Shown here: positions 8,830-16,002 of the stretch, in pieces
Layout of the letters: each line of letters begins with the position of its first letter
Position numbering within the stretch: the first letter of the stretch is position 1
DNA from: Candidatus Poseidoniales archaeon
GTDB taxonomy: Archaea; Thermoplasmatota; Poseidoniia; Poseidoniales; Thalassarchaeaceae
Reading direction: 5' to 3'
Length of the DNA stretch: 64,000 nt
NCBI GenBank assembly: GCA_012960975.1
Contig: DUAE01000059.1
Location: forward strand, 69,760-133,759
Position numbers and translations under genes: made by a program
Notes under the pieces: model-generated
What the model saw: the letters and a program-made list of their open reading frames with translations, nothing else
What the model was told of the DNA's origin: nothing
The model's database searches: none

Positions 8830-9981
8830 TCAGATTGTCTTACTTGAAGCGGCACATTCATTCTTGCCTAAATCCATTATATTCTGCTCATCATTACTAG
8901 GCGTCAAATGTCCTGAGTTGACTTTGCGAATTTGGTCATATATATCCGGTTGCTCCCTCATATTTGACTTGATGTAAGAAACAAACTCATCTACATCATC
9001 AATACCATAAATTTGCTCATTGTATTTTTTAACTGCTCCAAAATTGTTCATAATACGCATTTCTGAATCAGCCTCAATTGACCAATCAGTATAGTGCCCA
9101 GGGAGTACAATTAGTGAGTCAGGTAGAATTGATATTCGCTCTTTGAGAGTTGAATAGAGTGTTTTCGCCCATTCAACTACCTGCTTCCCCAAGTCAGGGC
9201 GACCAACGCTAACAATGAAAACAGTATCTCCCGAAATCAGAAATTTTTCATCAATTACGTACGAGGTTGAACCCGGTGTGTGCCCCGGTGAATGAGTGCA
9301 GAGGGTTGAAGGCCCACCTTCATTTGAAAACTCAAATGATTCACCATCCACTATAGAACGATATTCATGAATCCCAGAACCATAATCCCCCTCATGGGCG
9401 ACAAAAGTTGCACCTGTTGCCTCAGCAATTAGTGGGCTTCCTGAGATATAATCTGCCTGGAGATGAGTCTCAAAGGTATGTGTTATTTCCGCACCACGGG
9501 ATTCAGCAAACTTCTGGTAAAACGCTAGATTTCGAGAAGGGTCAAAGAGAAACATTTCCTCCCCATATACTAAGCCATACGAACATGATGCTTTCCCAGG
9601 CCTGTTGAATTGCCACATCTCATAGGAATCGTTGTCAGAGTTAACTCTCTTTGAAACTAGAACATTACCCCACGATATGATTCCGCCATCTAAGTGGGAA
9701 ACATTCTCCCTGCCAAATTCAGTCAACACAGAGGCGACATACTCAGAAGATCCTTGCTTTGCACAAACTATCATCAGTGTTTTATCCGATGGGACTTTTG
9801 CAACACTGGATTCGGGATCGATGATAAAATCAAAATAGGGGATGTTCAACATCTCAATGTCATTTGGTCCCTCTACAATAAAGTTGGAGAAATCCTCTTC
9901 ATTCCTTACATCAAGTAAAACGAAATCTTCACCGGACTCAATTGCTTCAAAAAGTTCGGTTGCGGTAAAAGAGGAGGCCAA
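8830..9981 (-). CDS. Rhodanese-domain / metallo-beta-lactamase-fold fusion protein (persulfide dioxygenase-like)
   Basis: The N-terminal rhodanese domain has a candidate active-site loop, VCAKQGSSE. The MBL fold shows ETHLQADYISG, HSPGHTPGS, GRPDL and LPGH. The start is TTG at 9981, preceded by a GAGGTGA SD 4-10 nt upstream, and lies 9 nt after the DsrE stop. Confidence 0.75.
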   Translation of the reverse strand: MASSFTATELFEAIESGEDFVLLDVRNEEDFSNFIVEGPNDIEMLNIPYFDFIIDPESSVAKVPSDKTLMIVCAKQGSSEYVASVLTEFGRENVSHLDGGIISWGNVLVSKRVNSDNDSYEMWQFNRPGKASCSYGLVYGEEMFLFDPSRNLAFYQKFAESRGAEITHTFETHLQADYISGSPLIAEATGATFVAHEGDYGSGIHEYRSIVDGESFEFSNEGGPSTLCTHSPGHTPGSTSYVIDEKFLISGDTVFIVSVGRPDLGKQVVEWAKTLYSTLKERISILPDSLIVLPGHYTDWSIEADSEMRIMNNFGAVKKYNEQIYGIDDVDEFVSYIKSNMREQPDIYDQIRKVNSGHLTPSNDEQNIMDLGKNECAASSKTI

Positions 9982-9990
9982 ATACTCACC

Positions 9991-10500
9991 TCAAATGAAA
10001 AGTTGTATATCCGCGTCAGCTGCAAATTCTAGGAACGTAGCCGCTCCGCCAATGTTTACACCATCAATGAATTCATCTCTTTCAAATCCAAAGACATCCA
10101 TCGTCATTTGACAGCCAATCATCTCAACACCGAGTTGCTCGCACATATCCCGAAGTTCAGTCACAGTTGCTACGCCTTTGTTCTTGAAGGTCTTCTTCAT
10201 GAGGCTGGTTGCAACAGTCTCAAAACCTGGGACGTTATTTGATACGACATTTGGAATAGGCCAATTAAGTCCTTGGAAAGCTTTTGGACCAAATGGCATT
10301 TTCATCGGCATTGCAGGATTTCCTGCTGGGCTAACCTTTGCCTTGATTGTCTTCTTCAATAGAGGTAACCCATAGAAAGTGAAGAACATTTTGACATTCA
10401 TGTCCATTGCTGCTGCCGTAGATGCAAGAATGAATGGAGGGTATGCCCAATCGAGCGTACCCTTACTAGCAATGATTGCCATTGATTTCCTTTCACCCAT
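9991..10500 (-). CDS. DsrE/DsrF-family sulfur-relay protein (COG2210-like)
   Basis: MAIIASKGTLDWAYPPFILASTAAAMDMNVKMFFTFYGL and CQMTMDVFG are typical of DsrE-family proteins found beside TusA. The ATG at 10500 is 1 nt from the TusA stop. The track start at 10509 is GTG. Confidence 0.75.
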   Translation of the reverse strand: MGERKSMAIIASKGTLDWAYPPFILASTAAAMDMNVKMFFTFYGLPLLKKTIKAKVSPAGNPAMPMKMPFGPKAFQGLNWPIPNVVSNNVPGFETVATSLMKKTFKNKGVATVTELRDMCEQLGVEMIGCQMTMDVFGFERDEFIDGVNIGGAATFLEFAADADIQLFI

Positions 10501-10501
10501 T

Positions 10502-10735
10502 TTATTCACCCTTCCTTATGTAGAAAACAAATTTGTCTCCTTCTTCGCAATTCTCGACTAATTCATGCCCAACACGAGATGTCCACGCAGGCATATCGCT
10601 ACATGCACCGGGATCAGTTGCGATGACTCGCAAAACTTCACCATCTTTCATCGTATCAATTTTCATTTTCGTTTTGAGGATTGGCATCGGGCAATTCATC
10701 CCACTACAATCTAATTCTTCGTTATAATCTGTCAT
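10502..10735 (-). CDS. tusA: TusA-family sulfurtransferase
   Basis: It is 77 aa and carries the diagnostic CPMP motif in LDCSGMNCPMPILKTK. Its ATG overlaps the ArsR stop (ATGA). Confidence 0.85.
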   Translation of the reverse strand: MTDYNEELDCSGMNCPMPILKTKMKIDTMKDGEVLRVIATDPGACSDMPAWTSRVGHELVENCEEGDKFVFYIRKGE

Positions 10736-11076
10736 TTGTTCATCTCCTTAGTTGTCATTCTTTCCTCTTGTAATTCTTCGAAGCATGCGAGCATCTTTCC
10801 AATCAATGGATTAGCGATAGAATAGAACACCCGATTTCCATCTCGTCGAGAAGTTACGATTCCTTCACGGTACATTCGTCGAAGATGTTGAGACGTGGTA
10901 GATTGGCCGATTCCAAGAGATTCTTGGACCTCGGTGACGGTACTTTCTTCAATATTTAATTTCTCTACAATTCTGATTCGTTCAGGGTGTCCGAGCGTCT
11001 TAATAATGCTAGATACTTTTAGTAAAAAATCGGAATCAAGAATATGATTACTTGAGTCAGATTGGTTCAATGCCAT
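10732..11076 (-). CDS. ArsR/SmtB-family winged-helix transcriptional regulator
   Basis: LGHPERIRIVEKL...VTEVQESLGIGQSTTSQHLRRMYREGIVTSRRDGNRVFYSI is a canonical ArsR HTH plus wing. It is the first gene of the sulfur operon. Confidence 0.85.
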   Translation of the reverse strand: MALNQSDSSNHILDSDFLLKVSSIIKTLGHPERIRIVEKLNIEESTVTEVQESLGIGQSTTSQHLRRMYREGIVTSRRDGNRVFYSIANPLIGKMLACFEELQEERMTTKEMNK

Positions 11077-11169
11077 AGGTTTCGGGTTAAGTGTCAGGAT
11101 ATAGTCTTTAATGAATATTTGAATATAGTGATATTGAAGATTGCCTGTTTGATTATTGTATTAAGCACG

Positions 11170-11200
11170 GCTCCGGTGTTTCTTGTGGAAACACTCCGGA
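11170..11200. promoter_or_regulatory. GC-containing imperfect inverted repeat (hairpin) between the TraB gene end and the ArsR promoter
   Basis: CTCCGGTGTTTC-ttgtg-GAAACA(CT)CCGGAG forms a 12-bp stem with a 2-nt bulge. It lies 125 nt downstream of the TraB stop and 95 nt upstream of the ArsR start. An AT-rich AATATTTGAATATAGTGATATT block at 11114-11135 sits between it and the ArsR ATG. Confidence 0.4.
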
Positions 11201-11325
11201 GACATCAATTCTAATAAGTGGATAAAATGATTGCAGAAGGGTGAACTGCTGCTTGGATTCGTAACAGTGGTCGCTTTGAGAAGTACTGAATCTGTTCTTC
11301 TCCATGTTCGGTATTATTTTATTCT

Positions 11326-12495
11326 TTAGAGGAGAATCGAAATGATTGCTCCGCCCGCTAACCACGCTCCGATGGCCGATCCTAAATTTCCAAATGCGGT
11401 TACGAGGAGCACACGTCCGACTCGATTGTTCCAGAAAACTCCGTAATCATGTAAGGCGAGAAATTCTGTAGCGTCCCCACCTGTCGGTGCAGCGACCTTT
11501 AGTTGAGTATAGCCTGCGAACCAACCCGCCGCTAGAGTAGGATTGAGGCTGGTAATTGGTGAGGCTGCTGCTCCAACGATTATCGAAAGTGGATGTCCGC
11601 GGGCGAGAGCTACTCCCAGCCCAGCGAGTGCAGCATTAGCAGCTAGCCAATACCATAGAGTCTCTTTTAGAGCGTCAATTTCACCATTGTAAATCAACCA
11701 TCCAACCACTGTTAGCAAAAAAAGTGGAACCGCCCACATGATGAGTTTTGGCCAAATGGGTTTGGGTGGTTCAGTTCTGAGTTCTGCTAAGCGTGAGGTG
11801 GTATCCATCGCTGGCAGTTTCAGTTGTTCGATGATTCCGTTGATATGACCTGCTCCAACGACAGCGAGAACCTTACCCTCACCTCGAATCTGTTGAATGC
11901 GCCCAGAAAGGTAAGCGTCGCGTTCATCGATTAGAACCTCGCCAGCACGAGGTGCAGCTTGTTTAGCTTCTAGCATCAATTCACTGAGTAGGTCAGAATC
12001 CTTGAGTAGGTCATCGATGTCGATCACCTCCTCGTCATCTTCATCTCTGAGTAATACACTCAGGACTCGCCATTTTTCGCGCAATCCCATTTTTCTCCAT
12101 GCACGTCTCAAAGTGATAATCACGTCGCGGTCGATTAATTCATAGGCAATATCTGCATCCTCCGCTGCCTCGATTGCTGCGAGTAATTCCGCGCCAGGAT
12201 TTTCTCCAGTGTTCATGCCCATTCTGCGTTGCTGAGCTGCCAGTGCAGATTGGAGGAGAATCATCGATGAGCGTCCTTCATTGACGATATTGAGCAGGTC
12301 TTCGTTATCCATCTCATCGGGTTGTTTCAAAGATTTCAATCTAGATTCACATAATTCAACAGCGACGATGTCGGGTTTGTAATCTGATATTTGCTCACGG
12401 ACGAGAGCAACAGAGGCGCTGCTGACATGAGCTGTCCCAATCAATCGAAGGTTTTCATCGATGTCGATTATATTTCGGTTTTCATCATTTTTCAT
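11326..12495 (-). CDS. TraB/PrgY-family protein with C-terminal membrane domain
   Basis: LIGTAHVSSASVALVREQISDYKPDIVAVELCESRL and VVGAGHINGI are TraB-family motifs. The C-terminal region has 4 TM helices. The ATG at 12495 (MKNDEN) avoids overlap with folP, whose stop is at 12500-12502. Confidence 0.75.
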   Translation of the reverse strand: MKNDENRNIIDIDENLRLIGTAHVSSASVALVREQISDYKPDIVAVELCESRLKSLKQPDEMDNEDLLNIVNEGRSSMILLQSALAAQQRRMGMNTGENPGAELLAAIEAAEDADIAYELIDRDVIITLRRAWRKMGLREKWRVLSVLLRDEDDEEVIDIDDLLKDSDLLSELMLEAKQAAPRAGEVLIDERDAYLSGRIQQIRGEGKVLAVVGAGHINGIIEQLKLPAMDTTSRLAELRTEPPKPIWPKLIMWAVPLFLLTVVGWLIYNGEIDALKETLWYWLAANAALAGLGVALARGHPLSIIVGAAASPITSLNPTLAAGWFAGYTQLKVAAPTGGDATEFLALHDYGVFWNNRVGRVLLVTAFGNLGSAIGAWLAGGAIISILL

Positions 12496-12499
12496 CAAA

Positions 12500-13333
12500 T
12501 CATTCCATTGCTGCCATGGTTGCGAAAAGGTCGGCATGTTCTCGTACATCATGCACTCTGATGATATCTACGCCCAGAGATTTCGCCATCGCTGCGACAC
12601 CTAATGTGCCTGCCAACCTATTTTCACTTTCACTCCTTCCTAGTAAGTCTTCGAACATTCGTTTTCGACTGACTCCCCACAGAAGAGACATTTCTTGATT
12701 GGGTACAATTTGTCTTCCTGCAGTTAAGAGCGATAAATTATGCTCGAGTAATTTGCCAAATCCAATTCCTGGATCTACAATAATCAAATTTGGCGAAATT
12801 CCTTCCTCAGTCAACTTCTTTGCCACAGTAGTCAGGATAGTCCTCACCTCGTCCACAACATCGCCATAAATTGGATTGATTTGCATTTTCTCAGGTGACC
12901 CTTGCATATGCATAATGCAAATTGGGCAACCGAATTCAACGACAACCTCTAACATCTGTGGATCTGACAAAGCTGAAACGTCGTTGATCATATCTGCGCC
13001 TGCCAACAAGGCTTGTCGAGCAACACTTGCTCGACGCGTATCTATGGATATCCCTACCTTGGTAAATCGCTCCCGAATAGCAGTAATGATTGGTAGGACA
13101 CGAGCCATTTCCTCGCCTTCATCAACAGCCGTCGCGCTAGGTCGCGTCGATTCTCCACCGATATCTAACCAATCCGCGCCATTTTCGATCATCAAGCCCG
13201 CCCGATTGAGTGCATCGTCCAGCCCATCTACTCTAGAATCTGGATGAAATGAGTCTGGAGTTATGTTCAGGACACCCATAATTAGGGGGAAACCATCAAC
13301 TCGGCGAATGGAAAGAGGTCTCCTGTCCGCCAT
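12500..13333 (-). CDS. folP: Dihydropteroate synthase
   Basis: The motifs MGVLNITPDSF, DIGGESTRP, INDVSAL and DPGIGFGK are present. Length is 277 aa. Confidence 0.9.
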   Translation of the reverse strand: MADRRPLSIRRVDGFPLIMGVLNITPDSFHPDSRVDGLDDALNRAGLMIENGADWLDIGGESTRPSATAVDEGEEMARVLPIITAIRERFTKVGISIDTRRASVARQALLAGADMINDVSALSDPQMLEVVVEFGCPICIMHMQGSPEKMQINPIYGDVVDEVRTILTTVAKKLTEEGISPNLIIVDPGIGFGKLLEHNLSLLTAGRQIVPNQEMSLLWGVSRKRMFEDLLGRSESENRLAGTLGVAAMAKSLGVDIIRVHDVREHADLFATMAAME

Positions 13334-13388
13334 ATTGGTCTACCGATTCGACCAATGCTTTATGATGTGATGGAGCGTCAATCCGACA

Positions 13389-14057
13389 ATGGTTTTGGGG
13401 GAGGATATCCGAAATGAGGATCATTCTAGTTTATCTTCGTCCTCAGTTGCCGTTCCAATGGATGATTCTACTAACCAAGTTTCTTTGGAAATGATGGAAT
13501 CTGTTATACAAAGATTACAACCAAATGACCGTCATGAATTACGAGAAATGATAACCCAACGGGGAGTTATTTCAGGTGCAATGATTTCTTGCGCGGTATT
13601 ATTTTGGTTAGTCGCCGTTCAGAAGGGTGGTGCCGCTTTGGGAGATAGTGACTTGCCCAAATCGATGATTGGTGATTTTGGGTTTAGTGAATTGAGCTTA
13701 ATCGTTCCAGCTATCGCCCTGCTTTCAACTCTGATTATGTCTATTGGCCGCGAACGTGGCCATGGCGTCCTATCAAATATCGCGGGAATCTTGGTAATTT
13801 TAGGCCTATTTTTCATTATTGAGCCATTTGGACATCTTATTTTGACTGGTTCTGTTGATATTCAAACAGCAATGTTTGCTAGTGGACGACTTATCATGTT
13901 AACCGTATTAATTCATTTCGCTTCCCGTTTCTTCTTCGATGCAATGCTTCTCCAATGGGTTAGGGAATTGATTTTGTCGAACAATATTGACCTTTTCCCT
14001 GTTCAAACCGAACACGATTACGAGGGTCAGGCTGATGAACAGCCGCCTCTCGCATGA
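13389..14057 (+). CDS. Hypothetical membrane protein (about 4 TM helices)
   Basis: The ORF has a good ATG, hydrophobic segments and an acidic C-terminus. Its stop overlaps the next ATG (ATGA at 14054-14057). I recognise no family. Confidence 0.5.
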   Translation: MVLGEDIRNEDHSSLSSSSVAVPMDDSTNQVSLEMMESVIQRLQPNDRHELREMITQRGVISGAMISCAVLFWLVAVQKGGAALGDSDLPKSMIGDFGFSELSLIVPAIALLSTLIMSIGRERGHGVLSNIAGILVILGLFFIIEPFGHLILTGSVDIQTAMFASGRLIMLTVLIHFASRFFFDAMLLQWVRELILSNNIDLFPVQTEHDYEGQADEQPPLA

Positions 14058-14629
14058 GCCTCGTGGACCCTATCCATCTACCTCATTTGAGCGTTCTTCG
14101 TCTTGGTCATCGCCGCGAGCGGGACAAGCGAATTACGAGCCATCTTGGCCTAACTGCTCGAGCCTTTGGGGCGGATGAGGTTCTATTAGCGGGTGAAGTT
14201 GATCATTCTGCCCTTGAAACTTGGAATTCGGTGTCAGCAAGGTTTGGAGGAGAATTCGCTTGCCGTCACGAAGAAAAGCCCCTCTCTTGGCTACGCCGGT
14301 TTGCTAAAGATGCAGGTGATGGTGAACCTGGAGTTATTGTTCATCTGACAATGTATGGTGAGCCATGGAGAGAGGCGATACCGAAAATTCCCACCGATAG
14401 ACCAACTGTCGTCGTCGTCGGTGGAACAAAAGTGCCGGGAGAGGTGTACAGATTGGCAAATCACAATATTTCCGTCGGTAATCAACCACATTCAGAAGTT
14501 GCAGCCTTAGCTATATTTCTCGAATCTTGGGTTGGGCCAATCGATGACGAAAATAGGTTTTCAGGTGGCGAAATTAGAGTCATTCCGAATGCTGAAGGGA
14601 AACGTGTAGTCAACCTTGAAGAGGAATGA
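14054..14629 (+). CDS. tRNA (cytidine56-2'-O)-methyltransferase aTrm56 (SPOUT)
   Basis: LSVLRLGHRRERDKRITSHLGLTARAFGADEVLL matches the conserved N-terminus of archaeal Trm56. The C-terminal GNQPHSEVAALAIFLE also fits. Length is about 190 aa. Confidence 0.75.
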   Translation: MSLVDPIHLPHLSVLRLGHRRERDKRITSHLGLTARAFGADEVLLAGEVDHSALETWNSVSARFGGEFACRHEEKPLSWLRRFAKDAGDGEPGVIVHLTMYGEPWREAIPKIPTDRPTVVVVGGTKVPGEVYRLANHNISVGNQPHSEVAALAIFLESWVGPIDDENRFSGGEIRVIPNAEGKRVVNLEEE

Positions 14630-16002
14630 TTTCTTTCTCAACGATTAAGAGGCGTTCTCAGGCAGGATTGCTGATGTCGGATACGGCACCGGCTCGGGGA
14701 TTTATTCCCGGCGCTGTCGTTTCGGGTGTTGAAAACCCTCCTTCATTCGCCGATGCAGCAGATATTCTGTCTGATTCGAATGCAAATCAACCTGCTAGTT
14801 TTGCTCCCGGATTGCTTCTTTTAGCCGATGGGACAAGATTTTCGGGTAAATTATTCGGTGCTGAAACAATTGCACAGGGCGAGTTGGTATTCACTACAGG
14901 AATGTGTGGATATCAAGAAAGTTTGACCGACCCTTCCTTCGCAGGTCAAATCCTAACCTTTACTTGGCCTCTTCTAGGAAACTACGGCATTCACGCGGGC
15001 ACTTCAGAATCAGCAGGCGTTTGGCCACGCGGTGTGGTCTGTCGTCAACTAATGCGTATTCCTGACCACCGGGATTCCATTGGAAGCGTTCATGATCTTC
15101 TAGCAGCCCATGGAGTCCCTGGAATCGAAAGTGTCGATACCCGTGCCTTAACTCTAAGAGTTCGTGAACACGGCACGGTTCTTTCGGTCTTTGGACCGGC
15201 AGATAAAGAATTGGAGATGCTAGAAATCCTATCAAATATGACTCCACCTGATGCAGATGATTTAGTTGCAGAAGTGACTTGTAAAGAAGCGATTCTAATC
15301 AATGAAGGAGCGAAAGATGAGGACGGTAAGCCTCTGCCCCGTTTAGCCACCATTGATTGCGGCATTAAATACAATATTTTACGGGAATTATGCCGCAGAT
15401 TTGAGGTTGTTTGGTGCCCGGCAACCATTACTTTCGACGAGATACTTGAATGGAATCCTGATGCATTTTTCGCTTCGAATGGACCAGGTGATCCCGCTCA
15501 TGGTGGTGCAGCGACAAATGCAAGGAATAATCTCTCTGCTGCTGTTCGGGCTGATTTACCTGTAATGGGAATTTGTTTAGGTCATCAATTGATGGGACTC
15601 GCAGCAGGTTTGAGAACCTACAAATTGCGCTATGGTCATCGAGGAGCGAACCAACCAGTTGTTGATTTAGCGGATGGCAGAGTTCACATCACCAGCCAAA
15701 ACCATGGTTTTGCTGTTGAAGATCCGAATCAAGGTATGCTATCTCCTCACCCTTCTGGGGCTTGTTCAGAACAGGTTGAAAACGTTCTAGGATCCGATTT
15801 CACCGTCCGCTATATCAATGCTAACGACAAAACAGTAGAGGGACTGGATTTAGTTGGAAAATCAGCCTTTACAGTTCAATTTCACCCGGAGGCTTGCCCC
15901 GGACCACACGATGCAGCCCCGCTCTTTGATAGGTTTTCTACAATGGTTAGTGCACATATTTTAGGTCTAAGTATCGAGGCATATATGAGAGGTGAGAATT
16001 AA
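14626..16002 (+). CDS. carA: Carbamoyl-phosphate synthase small (glutaminase) subunit
   Basis: The class I GATase catalytic motif GICLGHQL and the FHPE motif are present. It is coupled to carB by a TAATG overlap at 16000-16004. An N-terminal extension of about 50 aa precedes the usual CarA start; MSDTAP at 14674 is an alternative start. Confidence 0.9.
   Translation: MISFSTIKRRSQAGLLMSDTAPARGFIPGAVVSGVENPPSFADAADILSDSNANQPASFAPGLLLLADGTRFSGKLFGAETIAQGELVFTTGMCGYQESLTDPSFAGQILTFTWPLLGNYGIHAGTSESAGVWPRGVVCRQLMRIPDHRDSIGSVHDLLAAHGVPGIESVDTRALTLRVREHGTVLSVFGPADKELEMLEILSNMTPPDADDLVAEVTCKEAILINEGAKDEDGKPLPRLATIDCGIKYNILRELCRRFEVVWCPATITFDEILEWNPDAFFASNGPGDPAHGGAATNARNNLSAAVRADLPVMGICLGHQLMGLAAGLRTYKLRYGHRGANQPVVDLADGRVHITSQNHGFAVEDPNQGMLSPHPSGACSEQVENVLGSDFTVRYINANDKTVEGLDLVGKSAFTVQFHPEACPGPHDAAPLFDRFSTMVSAHILGLSIEAYMRGEN

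Noticed and set aside
11153-11365. The 70-aa minus-strand ORF spanning the TraB gene end and the downstream spacer.
   Set aside because: It overlaps the TraB coding end in another frame, contains the 11170-11200 hairpin, and has no SD or family resemblance.
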